A stretch of 64,000 nt of DNA from Octopus vulgaris (GCA_951406725.2 OX597833.1:15562001-15626000), one strand, 5' to 3'. Positions 39,493 through 52,205 are shown, numbered from the stretch's first letter. Numbers and translations: made by a program. The notes: generated by a model from the sequence alone, not told the origin.

Positions 39493-40947
39493 TCATACGT
39501 ATGTGTATGTACAAAATATACACACTTAAGATGTATGTATGTATATTTTATATATTTATGAACCCAATTAGAATTGTAAATGTATCTGTAATTTAACAGA
39601 CAGAAGTGTGATCTACATACTTTTCAAGGTGTATTACTTAGATTTCGTAACGAGAATACGTAACACAGCTTTAAGTTTAATAGAGCCGTATCTCGATTTC
39701 ATGGCCTTACCGAAACAGACTATGTTGCAACAACAAATATGCTAATGAAGTAATAAGTTTAAAAGGAAAAACATGAAGTATAATTTCCCACGAAAATCCG
39801 GTGACGAGATATAACTGTCCGAATATGTCTGAATTCAATCGAATCAAAACATAAAATATACATGGAGTAGGAAAGAGTTTGTTATATTTTCATCGTGGTT
39901 TTAAGTTACATCATTACTTATCTTTCCACTTGAAAAAACAAAAGAAGACGAAGTGTTAGCTCCCCTAACAAGAGTGAGTAAGTGAATGGGAGGGAGAGAG
40001 AGAAAAGAGAATACGCGCAAATAAATGTTACATAAACTTCTCAAGCTACGTTGTTATTACGTCGAAATATTGTATATTTAATATATAAGCAAGGTACATT
40101 GAAGATAAATTCATGTATAAATCGTTCGATAAAGTATATGGCTACCAATTTGATGCAAGAGAACTTCTTACAATATCACCCGCAGAATTTATATAATATT
40201 ATTATTATTATTATTTTTTTTTTTTTTTGCTTTAATAGAATCAGGATTACTAAGTTTAGGAAATTCACGAATGTTACAGATGTTGTGGAACGTCTGAACA
40301 GAATATATTAAAAGAAAACATTTCACTCCATCGTTCAACCAAACACATTACGAAATACATTAAGAAAAAAGAAATGTTTCTTTTGAAAGTGAAGTGTGAA
40401 TATTACGAAACATAAAGATACATAAAATAACATATAAATGTCTAATTCACGAGCGATAGTTTATGCAAGATCAGACACATAAACATCAGAAGCTGAAAAT
40501 AAATGTTATATAGTCTGAAAAAATGAATAATATTCAGGTGTTAATAGGGAATATGTTCATGAGATTGTAATAAAACACATTCGTACAAAATGTATTTAAA
40601 GAACAATCAAGAAATTCTGAATTTTACTTGCAAATTACTTAAGAATCAATAAGAATTGCGGTGAAAATTTAAATAAGTTTTAGTTTAAACTAAAACCAAG
40701 TGACTCAATGACCAATTCGGTTCAGAGAATTCAAGTCAATTTCACCCGAATAAATGTTATTAGATTTTAGAAATTAGGTTAATTATGGGATAGGGAATAG
40801 AGTAAGAGGTCTGCTTCCCAACTACAGGGTTCTGGCGTGGCAACCTGGGCAAGTATCGTTTATTATAACCCCTGGCTGGCTAATACTTCTGATTGGATTT
40901 GTTTGAAGAAAACCGAAAAAGTCAGTTGGGCAAATATATTATATAAC

Positions 40948-41150
40948 ATGTGACCTCGTGAGCACCGCCAGCAATTCTTTTTTCCTCTGTCTTCCCTTCT
41001 CGGGATCTTTCCTTCTCCTTTGTTTCCGACGAAGAGCTCCGCTTGAAACGTTAAACCCTCCTTCTTCCCTTCTTTCCTGAGCGTCCAATAATACTTTATT
41101 TGTTCCACGACCTCTCGTTGCTGTGTTTTTTTGTGTTTTCTTGTTTGGAT

Positions 41151-41155
<5 letters not shown>
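40948..41155 (+). mobile_element. Short PLE-type non-autonomous element
   Basis: Homologous to 21705-21915. Ends ttggattaact then (TA)n. Confidence 0.7.
41022..41056 (+). ncRNA. Minimal hammerhead motif with CCGACGA core variant
   Basis: gttt-CCGACGA-a-gagc/tcc/gctt-GAAAC-GTT-aaac. Stem I is gttt/aaac and stem III is the loopless palindrome ACGT. Confidence 0.65.
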
Positions 41156-41230
<75 letters not shown>

Positions 41231-41235
41231 ATATA

Positions 41236-41515
41236 TCACGTGACCGACTAGGTTATCAGATGTTGCAACACATCGCTAGTCACAATACGCTCCGTATTGT
41301 TTTAGCCTTCAAATGACGCCACCCCGCTGGCTAAGCGAGCAGGCCAACAGAAGAAAGAGTGAGAGAAAGTTGCTGCGAAAGAGTACAGCGGGGATCGTCA
41401 CCACACCCTGCCGGAGCATCGTGGAGCTTTAGGTGTTTTCGCTCAATAAACACTCACAACGCCCGGTTTGGGAATCGAAACCGCAATCCTACGACTGCGA
41501 GTCCGCTACCTCCAC
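41236..41515 (-). mobile_element. SINE with family C head and RTE-like tail
   Basis: C head and body joined to a tail ending gtcggtcacgtgat, similar to the RTE end at 17033-17100. Confidence 0.8.
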
Positions 41516-41768
41516 AATATATATATATATAGGAGTGGCTGTGTGGTAGGTATCTTGTTTACCAACCACATGGTTCCGGGTTCAGTCCTACTGCGTGTCA
41601 CCTTGGGCAAGTATCTTCTACTATAGCCTCGGGCCGACCAAAGCCTTGTGAGTGGATTTGGTAGACGGAAACTGAAAGAAGCCCGTAGTATATATGTATA
41701 TATATATATATATTTAGTGAAGGGAAGAAATGGAGCCGAACGAAGATTCTACAAAATTCCTTTTTATT

Positions 41769-41854
41769 ATTTTCTACACATGTTTCAAAGGCTGCGAATT
41801 CCCACATTCGGCTTGAATAAGGAGACCATTCTGCAGCTTTCTCTTCAGGAAAAT
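41769..41854 (-). ncRNA. Type I hammerhead ribozyme (inverted copy)
   Basis: Reverse complement of 41999-42084 with intact core. Confidence 0.8.
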
Positions 41855-41998
41855 CCAGGAATTTAAAATCTCAAAACAAATGCGCAGCAAGCTTTTCGAA
41901 CAAAACGCTCCCTAGGAGCCCATGGTAAAAATGGCACCTAGGGAGCGTTTTGTTCGAAAATCTTGCTGCGCATTTGTTTTGAGATTTTAAATTCCTGG

Positions 41999-42084
41999 AT
42001 TTTCCTGAAGAGAAAGCTGCAGAATGGTCTCCTTATTCAATCCGAATTTGGGAATTTGCAGCCTTTGAAACATGTGTAGAAAAT
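41999..42084 (+). ncRNA. Type I hammerhead ribozyme
   Basis: Stem I attttc/gaaaat (6 bp), CTGAAGA at 42005-42011, stem II gaaagctgca/tgcagccttt, GAAAC at 42067-42071, ATGT, cleavage triplet GTA at 42076-42078. Confidence 0.85.
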
Positions 42085-42292
42085 AATAAAAAGGAATTTT
42101 GTAGAATCTTCGTTCGGCTCCATTTCTTCCGTTCACTAAATATATAAAACTTCAATTATCCGCGCTAAAGCACGGGGGTGAAACCCCATGGTCGTAACAT
42201 CAACCGTCTCTTTTCTGGTGTGATTTTTGCTACACAGGTATCGGTTAAATTTTGAATAATCCGTAACAAGATAATTCATTTATCCATTTCAT

Positions 42293-42332
<40 letters not shown>

Positions 42333-43019
42333 TGTGTGTCTGTGTTTGTCACCCTATCATTGCTTGACAACCGATGCTGGTGTGTTTATGTCCCTGTAAC
42401 TTAGCAGTTCGGCAAAAGAGACCGATAGAATAAGTACTGGGCTTACAAAAGAATAAGTCCCAGGGTCGATTTGCTCGATTAAAAAGGTGGTGCTCCAGCA
42501 TGGCCGCAGTAAAATAGCGGTTCGACAATAAAGAACCGTTTTTAAAAGCAGTTTTTAAAAAGAATACACTACTCGATTTGTTCGACACAAAGCCCTTCAA
42601 GGCGGGGCACCAGCAAGGCTGCAGTGTAACAATAGAATATAAAATATGTAAATATGAAATTAGGAATTTCTCAGTTAAAATATCACAAACTGCTGGAATG
42701 AACTAAACAACAAAACATAAAACCGAAATTGAACCAGAAGGAAATAAATTACCACACTCACCGTTTCATTGTAACTTAATTCATTAATTATATCACCGGT
42801 ACTATGTCCATTTAATTAGAATCTCTAAGGAAAGAAACGCAATGGGAATGCAACAAGCAGAGACAATTAAGAACCAGACTTCGTCACGCTTGGGAATTAA
42901 GCAGGAAAGTTTTTAGAGAGCTGCTTCTGATAGGGCACGACTATCGTAATACTCCCAAGAATATTGGGTGGAAATGGTGGAGGAGTTAGGGGATGGATAA
43001 ATGAACGTAATATTTTCGA

Positions 43020-43444
43020 GGATGTTTTCGGTTTCACCGGCAGTTTTTTTTAAATAATTTCCACGTAACTAAACACTTTTAAACTTCGTATACTGGTAGA
43101 ATGTGTCAAAATAAAACATGTTTTTCTCTTGGCTTTATTGAGAAAATTCTAGAGTTTGTTAGGTATTTGTTGGTTTTTTTTTTCAATTTCTGCAATTTCA
43201 ACCAATCACTGACGTCTATTGAGGTAAAAAAAAACATTCTGTGCCGTATGAATATGTCACTCGTTTAAGAAACAGATTGGGTTTATTTACATTTGTGAAG
43301 AAAAAAAAAGATACCCTTCCCCCACCCCTAACCCTAATCCTAAAATAGATAGAAATGCAATAGATCGATACTAGGGTCATAATTATGGGTGACAATTTCA
43401 TATGACACCGCTAGAAAAAACTGCCGTTCAAACCGAAAACATCC
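43020..43444 (-). mobile_element. MITE, same family as 6592-7018
   Basis: TIRs ggatgttttcggttt and aaaccgaaaacatcc. Body is the reverse complement of the first copy. Confidence 0.9.
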
Positions 43445-44357
43445 CTTTTGAAAATTTACCATATATATTAATTAACACATAATAAATATTTTCAAAACAC
43501 TAACCGAAAATATGAGATCAAAAACACAGAAAATAAAATTACATGGGAAATATTTACGACACATGACCTGGCATTAGCGATGTGATATGCATTTTTGATT
43601 TTATCTCATATTTTTTTTTTTTTTTTGCGGTACTAAACTTCTCTTGAATTCAATACCACAAACAGTCGGTAGAAGTTTATTGAGTCTATCGAAAATTTTA
43701 AATATTTATTTATTAACAATATGGATGTTTCTGAAACATTTAATTGGATAGTAAAATATGAAATTAATTTCACACCATTTTTGTTTGGTTAAATGTAACT
43801 ATTTAGAAATTAATATATTAGCATAAGGAAAAGGAAAGGCAGAAACAGAAAGTTCAGAACTAAATTATTAGCATTATTTTGTTACGTAAAAAAGCAATGA
43901 GGTGTGAGAATCGTTAGCAGCATTTCATGTTTGTACGTTCTGAGTTCAAATCCCGCTGAATTCAGCTTTGCCTTTCTTTTTCCTTTGTCAATGAAGTAAG
44001 AAGTAGTTGAATAACACAGACGATAAAATCCATTAACCCCTTCTCCAAGCCTTGTGTTTTTGTTAAATAGGTTTATTTTGTAAGGTTCAGAAGTCGGAGA
44101 ACCGGCAGGATCAATAGCGTACCGAGCAAAAATTATTACTGTCTTTACTTTCGAATCTCTACATTTTATCCCTAAATTAGGGATAAAATTCGACAGAAGA
44201 TTCCACTTGGCGGATTCCTTTACTCGCTAAACTATACTCAGAAACCAATTGGTCCATTTATTTATTTTTCATTTCGTTCCTCTCGAATTTTATCCTTAAG
44301 TTTTGTAGCGTGTTGAATTCCTATGAGAGGATTCCTTATGAGTTTAACTATACACTA

Positions 44358-44419
<62 letters not shown>

Positions 44420-44422
<3 letters not shown>

Positions 44423-44785
44423 AATATTAGGGAATAAATCCAAACTTACAGGGAAAAATCAGATTTAGGATTGAATCCAATTTTATAGTAAAATATTATA
44501 TTATATTAAATTAGAGACAAAACCACTATTAGGCAAATCATACAATGAAAAACTTCATTGTTTAAACCTCGCCAAGATAAATATTTAAACCACCTGATGA
44601 ATGACTGTGACTCGAAAATTTAAAGAAGTTAGCAGCCATGAAACGATCGTAGTGATATATTAATTATATTTTTTTAATAATTTTGTTATATATTTAAATA
44701 ATATAAATTAAATAATCTTATGTATTGGGTTAAGTTTTTCATTGTATGATTTGCCTAATAGTGGTTTTGTCTCTAATTTAATATA

Positions 44786-44790
<5 letters not shown>
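44420..44790. mobile_element. PLE-type inverted-repeat cassette in (TA)n
   Basis: ~57-bp IR at 44499-44555/44731-44788 enclosing an HHR. (TA)n on both sides. Confidence 0.78.
44589..44656 (+). ncRNA. Type I hammerhead ribozyme
   Basis: accac-CTGATGA-atgactg...cagccat-GAAAC-GATC-GTA-gtgat. Palindromic stem III ACGATCGT. Confidence 0.78.
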
Positions 44791-44841
<51 letters not shown>

Positions 44842-45834
44842 ACACACACACACGATGGATTGAGAAAGAATATATATGCCCAAGATTTTGCCTATAGGTA
44901 ACAAACAATGTATGACAGTGTTGTGAATCCACAACCGTACTAACATATTTGGGCCTATATCAGTAATTTTCAATTTCTAAATTGAATACAAATATCATAA
45001 TATAATGACTCTTTTTTGTAAAACTTAATTATTACAATAAAATTTGCTCTAACGTATTTTAACTTAAAGAGAAATATATCTTATGACCTATTATTTTGAG
45101 AACTGTCTTAACGTAACATCTTAAATAATTGTATTTCAACGTTTTTTTCTATCATTGAGAGGTAAATATGATTGCAATATTTTAAATTAAGTTATATTTA
45201 ATAGACAACAAAGTAACTGCTTGAAATTGTTTCAAATTACTTCATACCAGAGATACATTTTCGGTTTTGGTATGTTATATATTAGTACGTGTATTTGTAA
45301 GTTTAAATCGATTCTGTATCGCATATTTATCTTTTGTATATTTTATGAAAATGAGTGGATATTTCAAACGCTTTTGTTTTCTCTTAACAAAGTGATGTCG
45401 TATAAATAGGTTTTCTATAGTATATATTTGACGTAAATCTCTGAGCATTTGTATACAGATTTTTCAAAGTATAGAACAAATTAAGATCAAATTAAACCAA
45501 GGCTATCATTATGATAGCAGGCTATCAAATGAATTAAATTTACTGAAATTTACTCTCTCATTTCTCTTTGTTTCTTAATATCATTTGCTTCGCAGCATTT
45601 ATAATAAATAACAATACAAAATATATGATAAAACCGAATGAGCATTCAATTATATATGGCAAGGGACACCAAAGTATTTATAATGATGCTTGGGAAATAT
45701 TAATTCAAATATACTTAGATTGAAAGCAAGTTGATAATCCATAGTACTCCATGATAAATGGGGAGATATCTATGTAATTCATAGTCGAAAGACTTACAAA
45801 GTTAAAAGAAAATTCGACATTTGTTTAGCACTAT

Positions 45835-46125
45835 ATGAGTGGATTTGTGAAGCCTATTATGTGTGTGTGTGTGTGTGTGTGTCTGTGTGTGTATGTGCGT
45901 GTCTCTGTGTGTGTATGTTTGTCCTCATATCACCGCTTGACAACCGCTGATAGGGTTTGTATGTTCCCATAACTTAGCGGGTCTGCAAGATACACCGATA
46001 GAATAAGTACAAGGCTTTGAAATATTATAGAGGTCCTGGCATAGATTTGTTCGACTAAAATCTTTTCAAGGCTTTGCTTTAGCATAGCTGCAGTCAGCTG
46101 ACTGAAACAAATAAAAGTATAAACG
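45835..46125 (+). mobile_element. Old SINE family A, 3' part
   Basis: cgcttgacaaccg...accgatagaataagtac...gactgaaacaaataaaa. Confidence 0.7.
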
Positions 46126-46139
46126 AATGAAAGAGCATA

Positions 46140-46401
46140 CATTAATCCATCGGCATATCGCGATTCACCTATCGCGGTTCACCTATCGCGGTTCACCTAT
46201 CGCGGTTCACCTATCGCGGTTTCTTATTTAAGCTTACTTCGATTCCTCCATGTTGTTTTGTATTTATAATAAGATTAATATATACACATTACAAAAATAA
46301 TAAACAGAAAATATTAAGTATAGTACTGTTTCTATTCCGTGGATTTTCACCTGACGCGGTTTTTTTGGAACATAACACCCGCGATAGTCGAGGGATTAAT
46401 G
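46140..46401. mobile_element. Tigger/pogo-like MITE with internal 14-bp tandem repeat
   Basis: TIR cattaatccatcg..tatcgcg / cgcgatagtcgagggattaatg, preceded by TA. (tatcgcggttcacc) repeated about five times. Confidence 0.75.
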
Positions 46402-46404
46402 TGT

Positions 46405-46548
46405 ATAGGTGGTAAGGAGCTTGCTTCCAAAGCATATGGTTCTGGGTTCAGTCCCACTGTGTTGTACCTTGTGCAAATGTCTTCTATTAAAACTTCGGGC
46501 CGACCAGAACCTTGTGAGTGGATTTGTTAGACGGAAAGGAGCTCGTAG

Positions 46549-46586
<38 letters not shown>

Positions 46587-46590
46587 AGAA
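46405..46590 (+). mobile_element. SINE family A, 5' half
   Basis: Diverged head through to the microsatellite. Confidence 0.75.
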
Positions 46591-47494
46591 AAATTGACTG
46601 TAGAGAATGGTGAAAAGAGGGTAGGTAGTTAATATAGGAATAGAAGGTTTGAGAATGAAAAGCACGAACAAAGTGACCCTTATAAATGTGAGGAAAGATA
46701 TCTGTATACAGAAAAGAAAGAATGAATGAATAAAAAAGGGAGGAGAGAGGTAGAAATATTTAGAATAGAAATACGATAAACAGACGTTCAGAAGACAATA
46801 AGGCGATTCGATAATGCGTATCGTCAATCAGGCTCCGAGAAATTATGGAAGGCTTCAGTCTGAAAGAGAAATAATTTAGGAATTAGAGACAATGAGAAAC
46901 TTAATACAACTCTGCCTAAATGTTTGGCTGCCAAGATATTTAGTAATCATCGAAGCGTAAATATCGACTAATTCACAAGACGGCATTAAAAACAGAAAGT
47001 AAATATAAATGAGGGCTAAGGTTCGACCATATTAGGAAGATATAAGCGGGAGCTAGAGATTAAATATTATATAATTAATGGAAATTTATTTAATTAAGTT
47101 ATAAGACTACGGGAATTAAGTATCAAATACAATTAAAAGGTATTATATTAAACTACTCCAGGCTTGGGTAACTATATATAATTAAATTAAGAGTTAATAA
47201 TTATCTAAACAGGGCGAAATATCGATTTATAAGAAAATGAAAACGATTAATAAAACCGTTGCCGGCAACAGGTGAATGCTTCTGACTGTTGGTTCAAAAT
47301 GCGATAAATCTTCTTTCGTAAAAATCTCAATAGACTTTTTGCTATAAAGATCTCATATACTTCCAGCGCCTTGGTAAATCATTCCATTGTTAATCGCAGA
47401 CCACGTAGTATTATAAAGGATGTTACTATTCGTGAAATATTGTTCTTCCTTATGAAGTGATTGCTTGTGTTTAGCAAGAAAAAACAAATTAACT

Positions 47495-47660
47495 AGGAGT
47501 GGCTGTGTGGTAAATAGCTTGCTTACCAACCACAAGATTCCGAGTCCAGTCCCACTACATGGCACCTTGGGCAAGTGTCTTCTACTATACCCTCGGGTAG
47601 ACCAAAGCATTGTTAGTGGATTTGGTAGATGGAAACTGAAACAAACCTGCCGTATGTATA
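47495..47660 (+). mobile_element. SINE family A, 5' half
   Basis: aggagtggctgtgtggtaa...ggaaactgaa. Confidence 0.8.
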
Positions 47661-48042
47661 TCCTACGTAAAAAGTGTATTACTGTCGTGGAGTTTCTTAC
47701 AGTAGTAGAAAAGGAATTTTTAACTCCTATTTCTAAATTCGTTATGCGGTGAAGCAATTAGCTGACCCCTAATTATAATTATGCTTATAATTATAGAATG
47801 TTTATATATATATATAAACAAAAGGGTAATAATATAGATTACTACCAGTGGCTCAGCACAAAAGACGAATTAGTCAGTAGACAAAATATTATTCATATAG
47901 GAAAATATTATTCATGTAGAAATATAATTAAGGGCTCCTAAATAAGGATGCCAAGTGGTGGGAACACAAAAAGGGGATAAATTTATCGAGAGTGAAGATC
48001 AAAAACATTTACCGATAATTTTGTGTTCCCAGCACTTGGTAT

Positions 48043-48109
<67 letters not shown>

Positions 48110-48111
<2 letters not shown>

Positions 48112-48330
48112 TGGTGTTCGATGTTGACACAGTCATAAAAGAACGCGAGCAGGAGTGAACTTACAAATCCATCGGAATAGATGAGGGCTCTGGCATTCAA
48201 CATGCCACCATAGAAGAGAAGATCAGGAACAAGTCTTAGAGGAGAGCTCGAGTAGTCCTAAAATCCGAGTTAAATACACGTAACAATGTGTTAGATATGA
48301 ATCCCTTAGCAATTTCTGTTGTAATTTTTA
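48110..48330 (+). pseudogene. R4/Dong-clade RT fragment
   Basis: IKEREQE*TYKSIGIDEGSGIQHATIEEKIR...RRARVVLKSELNTRN, homologous to the 26000-26250 region. Confidence 0.7.
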
Positions 48331-49652
48331 CATTTTCAATTTTCTATTTTTCATGTTTTTCTTATATTCTCTGTCTTCCTCCCTTTTCTCTGTCATATGT
48401 CTCAGTAAATGAGCAATCTAGTGTGCTAAAACAAGCACACCAGATTATTCATGGCCTACCAATGTATAAACAGTATGTTTCTCTGCTCTAGGCGTCAGGA
48501 AGACACTCGTCAAGAAATGGAAACAGAATTGAAAGAAGATACTAATGAAAATGACAATAATGATGGCAATAATAATAATAATATTAACAACAACAACAAC
48601 AACAACAATAAGTCTACCACTACACTTGACAGCGTTCTGGACTTATTCTTCACAAATCTCAGCAGTCAACAGTTGAAGACACAAAAATATAATTACAACT
48701 CGATTGTCCTAGTGAAATGTTCTTTCAATATAACGTTCAAAAACATTGAAAATCTACAGGTTTCTTTTGTTGTTTGTATGTCATGTTATGTCATAATTCG
48801 AATAAGCCAACATCTGCGCTCTTATATCACAAACACTCATAAACCTATCAGTCTAGCTTTACGATCGTTGTAATTAAATACAAAATTTACGACTATCTGT
48901 CAGTATATCATTTCTCCAAGTTGTTCAAACATGTAAACAGTTCTCTTTCATAATCAAGAACCATTTTAAGTCCCTCCAGGACTCAAAAGGCAGCCGCTCT
49001 CCTGAATTGATATAAAATGCCAAAGATAAACATTTGACGTGTTTACAAACTACACAGCTTCAAAAATTGTAAAGCACAGCCAATAATCTAACAAATTCGA
49101 ATGACGAGAAGTTGAAATATTTACAAACTACCAAAGTACGAAAGCTGTAAAGTGCAGCCGATATTATAACAAAAACAAAAACACTGTTAAAAATTGCAGC
49201 TAAGAGAATTTATAGCACAGCAGCAAGACTCCGTTTAGTATTGCAAAACTCCTCAGTGGATACATTTTTGTATTGGTGATTGAAACAAAAGCAAGGAGTC
49301 AAATTTAGCTCTCACATCCATAATGGAGAGTAGTTGTAACTCCTACTGCTTCCGTCACATATTGCAAGTAGCTGAATCAAGCAAAGTAATATGATGCTCT
49401 AAAATCAGGAAATGCCATGAATTATTATTATTATGCAATGCAAAAGAAACAGAGGTTCACATATGATCTTCCCGGTGGACGTGTTTCATCTGTCCCCTTT
49501 GGCCGTAAAAATGAAATATGACTCCTATCATACATTTACTCCATAGGTTGTCTCTGCAGCACTTTTGTCCAGCTTTACACAAAAAGTGTATCGAATAGCA
49601 GGCTTCAAAGATGTCTTTACATCGCGACTTTACATCCCGTCTTCACATCCCG

Positions 49653-49654
<2 letters not shown>

Positions 49655-49685
<31 letters not shown>

Positions 49686-49702
49686 TGTGCGTGCGTGCGT
49701 GC

Positions 49703-49740
<38 letters not shown>

Positions 49741-49833
49741 ATGGATGTATGTATGTATGTATGTATGTGCGTGCGTGCGTGCGTGTGTGTGTATGTATGT
49801 ATGTATGTATGTATGTATGTGCGTGCGTGCGTT

Positions 49834-49864
<31 letters not shown>

Positions 49865-50103
49865 ATGTATGTGCGTGCGTGCGTGCGTGTGTGTATGTAT
49901 GTATGTATGTATGTATGTGCGTGCGTGCGTGCGTGCGTGTGTGTGTGTATGTATGTATGTATGTATGTATGTATGTATGTATTATGTATGTATGTATGTG
50001 CGTGCGTGCGTGCGTGCGTGTGTGTATGTATGTATGTATGTATGTATGTATGTATGGATGGATGGATGGATGTATGTATGTATGTATGTATGTGCGTGCG
50101 TGC

Positions 50104-50137
<34 letters not shown>

Positions 50138-50235
50138 ATGTATGTGCGTGCGTGCGTGCGTGTGTGTGTGTGTATGTATGTATGTATGATGGATGGATGG
50201 ATGGATGGATGGATGGATGGATGGATGGATACATA
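49655..50235. repeat. Compound (GTAT)n(GTGC)n(GT)n(GGAT)n microsatellite with higher-order blocks
   Basis: Direct inspection. Confidence 0.95.
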
Positions 50236-50924
50236 TACAGATTTGCAGCAAAATCGTCAAAATAAGTAGAGTGAAATTGCCATGGGGAATTGATAATTGG
50301 TGGCAGTTTTCTTATATGGAGTATATCTCGATTTCTCTAATTTCACTTTTCTCAACTCTTCCGTGAGCCTGGACTCTCTCTGAAGCCAAACTCAAATCAC
50401 GTTGACGAGGCTTTCATCTTTTGAGCCCCAGTGTCGCTGTAATCGTTTTACACCTTTCCCAACATTGCAGGTCTTGTGCTAAAATTTAAAACAGTTGCGT
50501 ACGATGCATCTATAAACGGCATTATTCATCAAACAGTAAACAATCAAAGGGTATGTATTAGGCATTCTATAGTTGCAGATATATTTTTTTCCGGATTAAA
50601 TTTCAATTATCATTAGTCATTTTATTGTTATGATTCGTATTGATGTTTATATAAGTATTTATATTGTCTAAGCTATTATTAGCTATCGATTTTCCTGTTA
50701 TGGCTACTAAAACGTTCAACATGTTAACGAGAATATGTCTAACATTACATTAAAGAATAGACATATTAATGCCAATCTTTTTATTAATGTAATTAATAGA
50801 TCTAATATTATTATCACTACCTGTATTATTATCATCATCGGTATTGTACACATAATTATTGTATTGTATTGGCATCCTTTCTGTCTCGGAGTTTTTTTGT
50901 TTTTTTTTTGGGGGTTTTTTTTGT

Positions 50925-51205
50925 AGTCTAGTCCGGCTTTTATATTTCATGTCCTGATACATTTCCTGCTGTGGCTGTGTAGTCCTATCCTGGACAAACA
51001 CTCCCTCTGGCAGGTACCGCAAATGTAGCGAAGACTGTTCCTCGCTGGTTGTAGTGCCATAGTCTCTTGTTTACGTCTCTTCCTTTCTTTCCATTTCTCC
51101 TCTCTCTCTCTGTCACTCTTTTGTATTCCCTCTTTTACTGTACGTCGCCATTCTCCACGGTTGCCGGCAACTGCCTCCCAACCGCTAATATTGATGTTGC
51201 ACACA
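50925..51205 (-). mobile_element. RTE (BovB-like) LINE 3' fragment
   Basis: ORF 50947-51204: WEAVAGNRGEWRRTVKEG...YICGTCQRECLSRIGLHSHSRKC (terminal zinc-finger motif). Confidence 0.85.
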
Positions 51206-51786
51206 TTATTATTAATAGCAGTAATAATGCGTCATGGGGACAAAATCATTTGCGCGCCGGTTAAATTAAATTAAGTGGCGACATTTCGCCTGTCATTATG
51301 AGCAGTGTTTAACTTCCACCGGGATCACCTTTGACATCCTTTCGGGGTTGATACAATAAGTACCAGATCAGTACTGGGGTCGACAGAATCGAATAGCCAC
51401 CTCCCCCAATATTTCAAGTCTTGTGCTTATACTAGATGGAATTTTTATTAGTAGGTCCATAATCATCATCGACAACAGTAAATATAGTAATATAAACGAT
51501 ATCAGAAGTAGTATCACCAAATTTAAGGAGATAAAAATTCGTGCACAAATTTCTATTACTATTTCTACTTTAAAAAATTTAATTTCAGTTCTTGGAAACT
51601 ACAGTATTTGTGACCCGTGCTACAACTGACACACGTGCTAATCGTGGTGCTAGTATCACCAGAGCTGGCACAAGGCTAACTGACATGCTTATAGACATTA
51701 CCAGAATTATACCAGTTTTCTAGTTATTGTTGACGTCGTTATCAATCTCATTATCGGTGACCAAGCACAACGTATATTTTCCTATT

Positions 51787-52205
51787 ACTTTCTCTTTTAC
51801 TCTTTTACTTGTTTCAGTCATTTGACTGCGGCCATGCTGGAGCACCACCTTTAGTCGAGCAAATCGACCGCGGGACTTATTCTTTTTGTAAGCCCAGTAC
51901 TTATTCTATCAGTCTCTTTTGCCGAACCACTAGTTGACGGAGACGTAAACACACCAGCATCGGTTGTCAGGCAATGCTAGGGGGACAAACACAGACACAT
52001 AAACATATACACACACATACATACATATATACATATATACGACAGGCTTCTTTCAGTTTCCGTCTAACAAATCCACTCACAAGGCATTGGTCGGCCCGAG
52101 GCTATAGCAGAAGACACTTGCCCAAGATGCTACGCAGTGGGACTGAACCCGGAGCCATGTGGTTGGTTAGCAAGCTACTTACCACACAGCCACTCCTGCG
52201 CCTAT
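51787..52205 (-). mobile_element. SINE family A
   Basis: Full structure. Confidence 0.9.

Larger units (their letters stand above)
41706..42295. mobile_element. PLE-type fold-back cassette (~440-nt palindrome plus 150-nt unique tail)
   Basis: Arms ~41706-41923 and ~41931-42146 are near-perfect reverse complements. (TA)n on both sides. Confidence 0.85.
41531..42515 (+). mobile_element. SINE family A split by an insertion into its internal (TA)n
   Basis: 5' half at 41531-41705, 3' half at ~42300-42515. Confidence 0.85.

Noticed and set aside
48451-48873. 140-aa ORF with poly-Asn
   Set aside because: Driven by an (AAT/AAC)n repeat and AT-rich sequence, with no recognisable domain.
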